DNA of 63,049 nucleotides, filler included, from Globobulimina sp. (GCA_003354225.1; 47 parts of 47 records of this genome joined end to end with filler, not necessarily neighbours in it), one strand, 5' to 3'; positions 38,275-49,278 are shown, counted from the whole stretch's first letter. Numbers and translations: made by a program. Notes: generated from the sequence alone by a model not told the origin.

Positions 38275-38475
38275 TTATAAATATATACCTCCATATTCAT
38301 TCTTTCCAATGCCATAAATTGTAAATTGTTTTGGATAATATTTAAATATTACATCAATTATTGCTGATGGAATGACAGTTGCAATTGATAGACTCGCTTC
38401 TATTTGTCTCGCGTATCCAGATACCAACAATATGGCATGAACACGACAATTTACTATGTTAGATTTGGAAGACAT
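38275..38475 (-). CDS. N-terminal exon of an LLVSGY-motif/RCC1-like family gene, possibly degraded
   Basis: LLVSGYAR..IPSAIIDVIFKYY..IYGIGKNEYG, then a GT donor. Confidence 0.5.
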   Translation of the reverse strand: MSSKSNIVNCRVHAILLVSGYARQIEASLSIATVIPSAIIDVIFKYYPKQFTIYGIGKNEYGGIYL

Positions 38476-38981
38476 TACCTTTCAAAGTGACTCGACTAGA
38501 ACCTATGAGAAAAAATTCGACATCAACGAATCGTGAATTTAAATATAAAAACGCTACCAAACACAAAAAAACTAATTAAATACAGAATAATTCAGTTTAA
38601 ATATGTTGAAAGCAACATTTTGTTACTAGTACCATCACATTTTAATTCTTGCAATTCATCGTTGCTTTGGATGTCTCCATCATTGCATGTATTGTTACTA
38701 TGCATATCTTGCGCAGAAACAATATTCTGATTACAAATTGGACATTTATTGTTTATAAATAACCATTCATCACTGCAATGGACATGAAACTTATGATTAC
38801 ATTTTAAAATTCGGATTTTATCGTTTTCTGTGTAATCTTATAAACATATTATACACTGCGTATGCGAGGCATCGCCGCTTNNNNNNNNNNNNNNNNNNNN
38901 NNNNNNNNNNNNNNNNNNNNNNNNTTAATTAATTAANNNNNNNNNNNNNNNNNNNNNNNNNNNNNNNNNNNNNNNNNNNNT

Positions 38982-40076
38982 AGATTCATTGAATCCGGAA
39001 ATGATGCTCAATTACAACAGGAATTAAAAGGAGTTCAAATAAGATCAGAAAAAACCGGCTGGCCTCATTTTAGGACTTTGTACACGCCGTTTGGATATAT
39101 TTTGAAAGCTAATAACATTCTTGAATTCTTAAGAGAAAAACTTGAGCGTTTGGCTGCCATTCATTCAACAATCACAGTGTATGATGATGGCAAAGTGATA
39201 GGTATTGATCGTGGTAATAAAACAATTGCAATTCAGAGCATTTTTGATGAACAATGCACCAAAATTGGTTATGACAAATTATTAATTACTGCGGGACCAT
39301 GGACCAATCAGATAATGAATTGTATGGCACCCAAATTGCCGACAGTGCCTATCATTATATCGAATGAACAAACACAGGATTTTGGATTTTTGACAGATAA
39401 TGCATATGAAAGCATGCCTTTGGTCTCATTTTCCGACGGCGGATACACTTCATCCGGAGCAGATTACTGGTTTATGGTACCACATTGCAGTGATTCTATC
39501 CATATGCATGCTGATAAGAATAATGTAGATAAAGCAATGAAAGTTGGCTATCATCGGCAAGGTGATTTGATGCGAAATGATGATTTTCAAATTTCAGAAA
39601 AAGGATTGGATGAATTTAGGAGTAAATTGCCGCATTTAGGGAAAACAATGAGTGAGATACAATCATTTGGTTTAAACCCATTTATATTGGGCAAAGCAAA
39701 AGAAATGGTTTCAACACGATTTGGAGAGATTGATCCACAAAATGTAAAGATTTATATGCGATGTCTGTATCAAAATACTCCGGATAAGGAATTTATTGTT
39801 GGTTATCCAGTCGGTGTTGAAGCAAATGATAAAGATATAGTGATTGCGTGTGGTTTTAATGGTGGCGGATATCAACAGGCTCCGATGATTGCACGCTTTT
39901 GTATCCATTTGTTGTTACAAGACATTTATCCCAATTTAGTTAAAGATTGTTTAAAGATTGAGGAGTGTCAACCTGATTTTGGTGGTAAAGATTTTGAGTT
40001 TATGTCATTGTTTGAAGCAATGCGGATAAGGTTCGATCCATCGCGTCCTTCACTCGCAAAATATCAATCGTCATAA
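38982..40076 (+). CDS. FAD-dependent amine oxidase, sarcosine/pipecolate oxidase-like, 5' partial
   Basis: ITAGPW; CLYQNTPDKEFIVG; ACGFNGGGYQQAP. Confidence 0.85.
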   Translation, partial: RFIESGNDAQLQQELKGVQIRSEKTGWPHFRTLYTPFGYILKANNILEFLREKLERLAAIHSTITVYDDGKVIGIDRGNKTIAIQSIFDEQCTKIGYDKLLITAGPWTNQIMNCMAPKLPTVPIIISNEQTQDFGFLTDNAYESMPLVSFSDGGYTSSGADYWFMVPHCSDSIHMHADKNNVDKAMKVGYHRQGDLMRNDDFQISEKGLDEFRSKLPHLGKTMSEIQSFGLNPFILGKAKEMVSTRFGEIDPQNVKIYMRCLYQNTPDKEFIVGYPVGVEANDKDIVIACGFNGGGYQQAPMIARFCIHLLLQDIYPNLVKDCLKIEECQPDFGGKDFEFMSLFEAMRIRFDPSRPSLAKYQSS

Positions 40077-40323
40077 TACCGTAGAATGTTTTTTTTTCGA
40101 CATCTAATTTTCAAATATTGCTTTAGCTACGAAATGAACATAAGTGTTTCTGTGGTATATATATTGAGGAATATATGAGAGGGGTGTTTCTGTATTTTAG
40201 AATATCTAAATATATCTAGATATNNNNNNNNNNNNNNNNNNNNNNNNNNNNNNNNNNNNNNNNNNNNTTAATTAATTAANNNNNNNNNNNNNNNNNNNNN
40301 NNNNNNNNNNNNNNNNNNNNNNN

Positions 40324-40809
40324 GAAGGCTTGTTTGTATGGAATATATTTTTGCCAATGATGCCATTATCAATGGTCGGGAATAAGCAATTTAAGCAAAC
40401 ATTTAAATTGTATATGGATACAAAATTTGTAGATATGAATTTATGCTCCAATTTAAAGGATGTTTATTGGCCTTTTCTGCGGCTAATTATTATTCATTTG
40501 TTTGTACCGATTGCTGTTATCCAATCTCAATTATTTGCGTATGTTTGGAATAATTATAGTGATGTACTGAGGGCGAATAATTATAATAATCCGGATGAAT
40601 TATTAATATTTGAATATAATAAAAAATTTTATTTGAGATATATTATGAGAAAATTGTTGCAATTGAGATTATTTATTGCCTATAAAAGAGCGATTAAAAA
40701 TGGATGTAATAAAGTATGGGATCAGTTCATTAATGATCGATATGTTGTTGGTAAGAAATTAGTTAATTATTATTACAAAAAAAAGAATAAAGAAACAACA
40801 ATCACTTAA
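40324..40809 (+). CDS. Hypothetical protein, C-terminal part
   Basis: 159-aa ORF from the contig edge. Confidence 0.5.
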   Translation, partial: EGLFVWNIFLPMMPLSMVGNKQFKQTFKLYMDTKFVDMNLCSNLKDVYWPFLRLIIIHLFVPIAVIQSQLFAYVWNNYSDVLRANNYNNPDELLIFEYNKKFYLRYIMRKLLQLRLFIAYKRAIKNGCNKVWDQFINDRYVVGKKLVNYYYKKKNKETTIT

Positions 40810-41002
40810 TTCATAAAATACAACTATTGTTTTTCTACTCTATATAGCTTTTGCTAAAAATTCATATTTTTTGATTAGAAATGTTTCTTTCTTTTTAAGA
40901 AATAACTCAATAAAGTCGAAATCCGACTAACTAAGGTGTTGAGCTAAAATGTTTGAGTTTTTTTGACATAATGTACTTGGTTCTGTTGGCATTCTTTTAT
41001 TA

Positions 41003-41515
41003 ATGGCACTTTCTCGTTGCTATATAACTTTGAACAGATTATGCTTCAAGCAGTTGTTTTTAAAATGTAATAGATCAGTTATTGTAAAATATTCAGCGCG
41101 TTTATCATCAACAACAAACAAGAAAGAATGTATTGTGTCAAGTGAATATATGCCAAGAGCAGCTTATTCCGTTGCAACAAAAGCTAATGGTTTCATATTT
41201 ATTTCTGGTCAGTTAGGCACTCATACCGATCAAATGGAGAAATTTGTATCAGATAATGTAGAACAACAAACAGAACAGGTTTTGAATAAAATAAAAGGAA
41301 TTTTACAACAAGCTGGAAGTTCAATGAATGATATTACAAAAGTAACAATTTTATTGAACGATATCAATGATTTTGCAGCTGTCAATAAAGTGTATGCTGA
41401 TTTTTTTAATAAATGTGGTGTTGACAGCAATAATTTGCCAGCAAGAGCAGCTTATGCTGTGGCTGCCCTACCAATGGGAGCAAAAGTAGAAATTGAAGCT
41501 ATAGCAGCTGAATAA
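41003..41515 (+). CDS. ridA: RidA/YjgF enamine-imine deaminase with putative mitochondrial presequence
   Basis: YSVA..FISGQLG..KVTILL..FAAVNKVY..PARAAYAVAALPMGAKVEIEAIA; basic N-terminal extension. Confidence 0.95.
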   Translation: MALSRCYITLNRLCFKQLFLKCNRSVIVKYSARLSSTTNKKECIVSSEYMPRAAYSVATKANGFIFISGQLGTHTDQMEKFVSDNVEQQTEQVLNKIKGILQQAGSSMNDITKVTILLNDINDFAAVNKVYADFFNKCGVDSNNLPARAAYAVAALPMGAKVEIEAIAAE

Positions 41516-41666
41516 AGTCGAAATCCGACCACCTAAGGTTGAACTGAAGTTTTTAACTATTAATTANNNNNNNNNNNNNNNNNNNNNNNNNNNNNNNNNN
41601 NNNNNNNNNNTTAATTAATTAANNNNNNNNNNNNNNNNNNNNNNNNNNNNNNNNNNNNNNNNNNNN

Positions 41667-42061
41667 GACCCATTGTCGGAGTGTTGCGGCTGTTGATGGC
41701 ATTTGCAACGATTGGGTCGTATCCATTGTTATTCTGGATCAGCACAATCAGTTTGAGGAATTTAGTACAATTTACATCGAATAAAACAGAAAATTTAGCA
41801 TATTTTTTATTGACTGTTTGTATTTGGATTGTTGCTGTCAATGTATCGGGCGTTGGAATTTTGTTATCATTTTTTATATCGTTTGCGGGCAATCTGATCG
41901 TTTATATATTTCCTGCTCTGATTTATCACAAAGTTCTGCAAATGCAAAATAAATGCACCATTCAGATGAGTGTCATGTGCTATGCCATAGTTGCATTTGG
42001 TGTGATATGTTCGGTTGGTGGGACAATCAGCGCCATATTGAATTTTATTGGTTACGATTGA
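41667..42061 (+). CDS. Amino-acid transporter (AAAP/Aa_trans) C-terminus
   Basis: SYPLL..; LLSFF..AG..IVYIFPALIY; terminal TM helix. Confidence 0.7.
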
Positions 42062-43327
42062 TAAATATCATGGTGCTGGTGTGTAGACTAAATATCATTA
42101 TTGAAGACTCTAAATCGAACTATGTAAACTTTTTTTTCTCAGTTTGCGATCTGTAATTTTACTTTTTTTGTTCAGTAATCTAGTTTTACTTTTTTTGTTG
42201 ACAAATCATACATCCAAAAATCATATATTACATTGAGATTGGCGATCCGCACAATATATTTTACAATGCACATAGAATTAAGTGGCGCAACTCATTTTAT
42301 TTATGCATACAGCAGGCTGCGAGTTGTCTTATCGTAACGGATTTAATTGTTTATAAAAACACAATATATTCATTTCATTCATTTCCAATTGCAATTAAAA
42401 AAGCATCCATCTCATGATCAATATTAAGCAAATATTAATGCAATTAAATTAATATATTGAGGCCTTGGCAGCCTAATTCTGTGCCTCTCAGATATGCAAT
42501 ATCAATATGAAAGAAAGATCAATATGGATATACTCTTTCAATGCAATGGCACTCTCAAAGCTGTTCAAAATTTCATACTCGTTCATATGGATCGATCCTA
42601 TACGGCATAAAAGAACAAAAAAAAATACGTGTGTTGAAATGGAGTAGTTTTGTGCCGTTAGCTATGGATTTGCAATGGGATAAAGGAATGGATCAACTCT
42701 ATTTGTGTCTCATTCTCAAATACTCCAAGCAGTGACTCCCATAAGTGTTTCCGTGAAATAAGTAGCAATTATATATATGAGATTGAGTGACTGTTCAACT
42801 TTTACAGAAACAATATCTAACATAATTGACGGCTTAAACTTCTAAACACTTCTTTTGTGATTGGCAAGGTTTTTGGGTTAGCTAGAGTGATTGGCAAGCC
42901 TAAAAAGTCNNNNNNNNNNNNNNNNNNNNNNNNNNNNNNNNNNNNNNNNNNNNTTAATTAATTAANNNNNNNNNNNNNNNNNNNNNNNNNNNNNNNNNNN
43001 NNNNNNNNNGAATTAATAAATAAAAAACCAGCATCTGTATTTAAAGCATTCCAAATCGTACAACCAAAGGGTTCCATCAATGAATTTATTGCAAAGAATA
43101 AACAAAAATTTACAGAGAAAGGATGGTTTGTGAAGCAAATTGAATATGAAAATAAAGAAAGAGGATTTGAAAGTAAACGGACTTTATTAATACAAAAAAT
43201 GTAAATATTATATTTCTTGTTAATTATTATTTTTTGGAAAACCCTTTTTTTGATTGTCACAGAAAGGTTTTCACAGAAAGCGGATATATAAAAACTTTTT
43301 TAACATTACATTTCATCGCCGTACAAC

Positions 43328-44252
43328 ATGGGTACTTGCATGGGTCAAGGCCAAAGCCAAAGTGAAGGGAGCAATAATCTGGATTCCGGCTCCAATGCAG
43401 CCAAAAAAACCTCCACAAAATCCAACAATAACGAAAAACACCAAATCGAGACAAAACAAGCCAAGTTAGAAGATAGCAATATGGCCAACTATGGCTCCGA
43501 CGAACATAAAGCAGTGCGCAAAGATGCAGCGGGCAAAGAAGAGGCTTGGCTCAATATGGACAAAGGCGTTGGACTCCAAATCTGGCGAATTGAGAAATTT
43601 AAAGTAGTCCCTTGGCCTAAATCAAAATATGGCCAGTTCCACACTGGCGATTCATACATCATTCTACATACCGTTAAAGACAACGACACAGAGAAATTAT
43701 TATACGACGTCTATTTTTGGTTAGGCGCAGAAACCACGCAAGACGAAGCAGGCACCGCTGCCTATAAAACAGTGGAATTAGACGACTTTCTGGATGACGA
43801 ACCAGTGCAATATCGAGAAGTGCAAGGCAACGAAACCAAGAATTTCTTAGATTTATTCAGCAGAATGAAGATCTTAGCCGGCGGCATTGACAGTGGATTC
43901 ACACACGTTGAAAAAGAGCAATTTAGCACCAAATTGTTGCACGTTACAGGTTACGGTCAAAACATACAAGTGTACCAAGTGAAAGTGACCGTGGCTTCCA
44001 TGAACAATTCGGATGCGTTCATTCTTGATTGCGGTGAGATTATATATCAATTCAATGGGAATAAAGCCAGCAAGGACGAGAAATGGCGCGCTATGCAGAT
44101 TGTGAACGATATAAAAGCGGACCGAGGCAAATGCGAATTGATATTAATTGATGGCTTGAAGGATAAATCGAGTGAAGCGCAAGAGTTTTGGCAAATTATT
44201 GGCTGTTCCTCGGAGAATGATATCGTCGACGATGAGGAGCACAAAATGGACA
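43328..44252 (+). CDS. Gelsolin/severin-like actin-binding protein, 3' partial
   Basis: GLQIWRIEKF, FHTGDSYIIL, FWLG..TTQDEAGTAA..TVELDD, REVQG. Confidence 0.95.
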
Positions 44253-44647
44253 NNNNNNNNNNNNNNNNNNNNNNNNNNNNNNNNNNNNNNNNNNNNTTAA
44301 TTAATTAANNNNNNNNNNNNNNNNNNNNNNNNNNNNNNNNNNNNNNNNNNNNACTAATTTCTTGATTTTTCTATCTTCTTCGTTCTTGGACCTATGAACT
44401 TGTAACTTTCAAAAAATGATAATGGATATATTTGCTGTACCTGAGTACTTCTACGAGGTTCTAGAACTGCTTGCAAGTCGGTATACCATACCCATGATAA
44501 AATGACGTACCTCCAGTTACCTCCAGTTTTTACCAAAACAACATACCACCACCATGGCGAGGCGCAGACGCAAGAAGCCGACAAAGAAGAGAGCTATGGA
44601 GTTATATGTAGGTGGCACAATGGTACGCCGCATTGATACGTACCAAT

Positions 44648-44774
44648 GCTTATTTATTACGGTCTGGCGCATCCATTGGTACCGATAGTATTTATTATGG
44701 TACGCAGCAGCCATTGGTACTGCTTATTTATTATGGTACGCAGCAGCCATTGGTACTGCTTATTTATTATGGTA
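44648..44774. repeat. 36-nt tandem repeat, 2 perfect plus degenerate copies
   Basis: tttattatggtacgcagcagccattggtactgctta repeated. Confidence 0.85.
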
Positions 44775-44843
44775 GCGCCCGCCGTGGACAAAGCCAACGT
44801 GGTCATAGCGACGTGGACAGCTGCACGGTACAAATCTCTTCTT

Positions 44844-44906
44844 GTGATGATAGCTCAAAGAGAGCGTCTTATTGAAGAATATTTGGGTTCAAATCCCAAT
44901 CATCAC
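44844..44906 (+). ncRNA. tRNA-like element with reduced anticodon arm (copy 2)
   Basis: GTGATGA/TCATCAC acceptor, GCTC/GAGC D stem, TCTT-ATTG-AAGA mini-arm, TTGGG-TTCAAAT-CCCAA T arm, then T6. Confidence 0.75.
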
Positions 44907-45159
44907 ATTTTTTCACCAATATAAAATCACCAATGGAGGTTTTTGTAAAACTGGAGGTAACTGGAGGTAAATGTGATTTTTTTTTAAACTCGCCGGGACA
45001 AATTTTTTTTTTGGATTAGCTGTAGAATTCAATTATACACATTTAGCACCCAAAAGAATTTAAATAGCATCAACATTGCAAAAGTTACATCCATAATGAT
45101 CCATTTCTATTTTCGCAGATTAGTACATTCTACTGACAAAAATCCAAATTAAGTTCCAT

Positions 45160-45595
45160 GTGAATTTGTCATTTATTTGTAATTCAAAGTTTTGTAAATT
45201 AGGAACTAGATCAAAACGCATAAGTAGGCCAAATTGGACATTGCCTGGTTACCGACTCTCAGTCCACAAATCCCCGAACACCACCAATAATTTGAGAAAG
45301 GTCGGAGGCATACTAATTTACCACAAATCCACCTTAAAAAACAAAATTAAACTCATCCATAAAACCAGAGGCCATAATACAGTCTGGATATCAGTTTCCA
45401 GCCCACAACAAATAAAACCCACCTACATCGCCATAAATTATGCAAGAACCTATAAACCGGACCAAATAGCACGTAGCTCAAAATTTTACCAATTGCTCAT
45501 TGATGATATCACCCAATATAAGAATAAATGTGATAACATGTACGTGAATGGTGATTTTAATGCGACAATGGGTGCATTAACAATGGATCACAACA
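45160..45595 (+). mobile_element. APE-type endonuclease fragment of a non-LTR retrotransposon
   Basis: LPGY..GGILIY..VWI..YVNGDFNA. Confidence 0.8.
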
Positions 45596-45695
45596 NNNNN
45601 NNNNNNNNNNNNNNNNNNNNNNNNNNNNNNNNNNNNNNNTTAATTAATTAANNNNNNNNNNNNNNNNNNNNNNNNNNNNNNNNNNNNNNNNNNNN

Positions 45696-46113
45696 AAACT
45701 TCATTGAATGAGTCACTTAGTGTCATATCGCCCGCTGTGGGAATCTCATTAAACTCAAATGCGTTTCCACCAAAATGCCACTGATTGGGTGTGAATAGTT
45801 TTGTTGTGTGGTATAAGTTGTCTGTTGTTAATATAGCATTCATTTTATTGAAAATTATATCTTCCATTGGCTGATTGGTTGCATTTTCAGATGATTTGTG
45901 TGGATTTAATGCAGATAACTTTAGGTATGGATGTTGTGTTTGTAATTCATGTTTAAAATCAAAATCTACGCTATATTGGATTGTACGTGGTTGTTTTTTG
46001 AGTGTTTCAAATGGTTTCAGCTGTGATTGGGAGTTGTAATAATAAAGTGGTGAGATGGACATTGGGATATTACCTCCTTTGGAGAGATATTTTGGTAAAG
46101 GTCTAGTTGCCAT
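45696..46113 (-). CDS. Hypothetical protein, N-terminal part
   Basis: ATG-initiated ORF open to the edge, divergent from the RCC1 gene. Confidence 0.5.
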
Positions 46114-46164
46114 GCTATTTTATAATTAACTGTGTAAAAAACAAACCGAAAACATTCACACAAA

Positions 46165-46938
46165 ATGAACCATACTGTCAGGAAAAGACGGTCCCAATTA
46201 TTAGTAAGTGGATATGTTAGAAACTGTAGCACTCCATCCGTCCATACAGATATTATTAGTATCATTCATGCATTCCATTATTATATTTTATTGCTATTAT
46301 ATTCTATTGGTGAGAATACAGACGGACAACAAGGTAATGGACAAAATGAATATATTGAAAAAATAACAAAAATAAAAACATTTGAAAAAAAAATAAAAAA
46401 TATTGTTACTTGTGGTGCAGCAGCATATATTTTATTTGATGATGAAACATATGAATGCTGTGGCAATAATAGAAGGGGTGTATTAGGTGTTGGGCATTAT
46501 AATAATATTAATATATGGCATCAAATAAAAGATATGAAAATTAAAAATATATTTACAGCACCAAATGGATCAAATCACTCATTTTGTATTTCAAATGAGA
46601 ATAAATTATATGCTGTCGGATGGAATAAGAATAATCAATTTGGTATAAAAACAAATACAAGAAATAATAATAAATGGACACCAATTAATACAACATTATC
46701 GATTCAAAAAGTAGCCACATCAAGGCTATATACAACATTTTTAAGTGCAAATGGTAATATATACGTTGCTGGCGCTGATGATAATGGTTATGGTGGTTTA
46801 GGATTAGGAAAAGATATTAAGTCATCACCAAACATTCAAGAAATTCAAACAAAAATAAAATTTAAGGATATATATTGTGGAAGTGATCATACCTTAGCAA
46901 TTGATGATAATTATGGTGTTTGGTCGTGGGGATATGGT
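46165..46938 (+). CDS. RCC1-repeat protein with N-terminal LLVSGY motif, 3' partial
   Basis: YSIGENTDGQQGNG, GNNRRGVLGVG, GWNKNNQFG, IYCGSDHTLA..VWSWG. Confidence 0.88.
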
Positions 46939-47038
46939 NNNNNNNNNNNNNNNNNNNNNNNNNNNNNNNNNNNNNNNNNNNNTTAATTAATTAANNNNNN
47001 NNNNNNNNNNNNNNNNNNNNNNNNNNNNNNNNNNNNNN

Positions 47039-47939
47039 CATTTAAATTCATACCAAATAAGCCCGGAATATCTGAATCTTGATCCATATCCGTGTCTGTT
47101 GGCAAATCGCCACTTTGTTTTATATCATCCTGCTTTTTTCTCCGTGCATTGGTCTGTGCATTCGTCGTCCGGCTGGACCTCGGATTATTTGCATCCACAA
47201 TATTGGAAAATTGCTGTTTTGGGGGCTTCAACAGATTGACTTGAACCTGTAAACCCGTTTGGATGGCACCACAAAAACGTAAAGCAATTTTGATTAATTC
47301 TGCTTTATCTATTAACCTGCCCATTTTCCTATATTCAATATCACCCATTGTTGTTTTCACGATGTCTACGGATGTCAATAACATTGTGATTTCATGTATC
47401 ATTTTTCCGCAAATATCACGTAAATCTAAAAAAGTTTTAATTTCATCTTCCTGCATATTCCATTCATTCAATTTCTTATAATCAATATCATTCATTGTCT
47501 TATTCTCCAAATTAACATCATTCCGAATTCGTGTTAATTTTAATTTTACTTTTATGCTCGAATCAATAATTACCTGTTTAAAGTACGTAATTGTCTCCGG
47601 ATCCAATGTACATATCAAGTTTTGAAACAGTTGTGTTAATATGGTCACAACTCTCTGTTTCCTTTGATACGCATTCGTGCCAATATCATTCGTAAATGGT
47701 TGGATTAAATTAAAACAAACTTCAGCAATGTTATGCGGAATTAATACTAAATAATCAGCAGTCCATTTTTTAATATTAACCTGATCCTCCAATTTTTCCT
47801 TATTAAATTCTACTTTGTTATAAAAACCACCAAATACACAAACTGATTTGTATACTAAATCCACGCTCAATTTCTTCGCAAGATTTCTTTGCATATTTTT
47901 ATATCCACCTTGTTGTATTTTTGCTATTGATTGCAACAT
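47039..47939 (-). CDS. Hypothetical protein, possibly retroelement ORF1
   Basis: 300-aa intronless ORF; no motif recognised. Confidence 0.5.
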
Positions 47940-48381
47940 TTTTTATTTATTTTTAAATTTATTTGTTTGTATTTTTATGTAAATGTTTGTATTTTTCTTG
48001 CAACTGTTTGCAATTTTTACTGCTTCGTAGCCTACCTCCTTTCTTTTTATTTTTATGCTTATGGTAGTTACGATATTATCTTCTCTCGTTACTTGCAGTA
48101 TTTCCCCTGACGTTTAGTAGGGTAAAGAAAAGTTTCAACAAACAGTAATCAAACACCACACTCAAAAACACTTTTTCACAACAAATAACAGAAACACTTT
48201 CATCTCTAATTCAATGAAACCTCCGTTATAAAGTAACAATCAGCTTTATCATGACTTTTTTTTCTTTATCATGACATTTTTNNNNNNNNNNNNNNNNNNN
48301 NNNNNNNNNNNNNNNNNNNNNNNNNTTAATTAATTAANNNNNNNNNNNNNNNNNNNNNNNNNNNNNNNNNNNNNNNNNNNN

Positions 48382-48640
48382 GCAGCATTTGTATTATCAA
48401 AGTAATACCAACATGCGAACTTGGAAAAGCTGCTGTTGGTGCTTCTCCTATTTGTTGAACCCATTTTACAAGATATGCAAAAACTCCAGAACCCTCAATT
48501 TGATTCAAAGGTGCTTCGAAATAGAACTGTGGTCCTTCTGCTGGCAATAAAATAAATATCAGGTAATAAATAAAGTATGCTGAAAGCACTTGGTATGAGA
48601 AATATTCGAAAAAACTATTTCTTTTAAACCAAATAAAAAT
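48382..48640 (-). CDS. Bacterial PAP2-family (AUR1/IPC-synthase-like) fragment
   Basis: YYLIFILLPAEGPQFYF..GEAPTAAFPSSHVG. Confidence 0.8.
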
Positions 48641-49104
48641 CGCGTTAAAAATAGGAACCAAAACGGATGATAAATAATGTAAGCCAATGTTGAAAGTCCT
48701 AATCCGATTTTAAATGAAAAAAATAATGTTTTATAGGATAGATTAGAAATATATTTTAAAATAAAGTTTGACTGCAAAATTGTTGGGCAAAATACAGACA
48801 TTATGTGACCGAAATATAGCGCACTTTGCAAATAGCCGACTTGTAAAAATGTAATGTTAAATTCTTGTGCAAAAAAGATCGAATATCGACCAATAAACCG
48901 ATGCAGACTGTACGTTGCGAGCGTATTGAAAAATAATATATAAATGTATTTATTGGTCACTTGCAATTCAGGCTCGAGCTCACAATCTGAACCCGTACGC
49001 GTTGGTTTTTTTACATCGAGGCCTTCATTCATACCACCCGCTGTCTCATCTACTTCATATGTCTGCCTTCTTCCGCAACAACTACAACATTTATGTGACT
49101 GCAT
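48620..49104 (-). CDS. MFS-like transporter N-terminus, eukaryote-like
   Basis: FAQEFNITFLQVGYLQSA..WFLFLTRFLFG. Confidence 0.55.
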
Positions 49105-49115
49105 TAATAGTATAT

Positions 49116-49278
49116 TATTCATATGCAACTTTTTCGTTGTCGAGGATGAGTAACGTTTCCGAAAACACAGTTTTTGGCCGAGGGGGCTCCGGGGGGTGGT
49201 GGGTGGGGAGCCCCCAAGGCAAAAAACTGTGTTTTCGGAACACGTTACTCAGCCAAGATATAAAGTTGCATATGAATA
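49116..49278. repeat. Long palindrome with GC-rich centre
   Basis: tattcatatgcaacttt..gagtaacgtttccgaaaacacagttttt / aaaaactgtgttttcggaacacgttactc..aaagttgcatatgaata. Confidence 0.85.

Larger units (their letters stand above)
44510..44967. mobile_element. TA-flanked MITE-like element with (CCTCCAGTTA)2-type TIRs
   Basis: TA|cctccagttacctccagtttt...aaaactggaggtaactggagg|TA. Confidence 0.8.

Noticed and set aside
44648-44774. 36-nt repeats as a CRISPR array
   Set aside because: Head-to-tail with no spacers and no cas genes.
48100-48140. Second hammerhead (CTGACG..GAAA)
   Set aside because: Lacks A9 and has no closing stem I.
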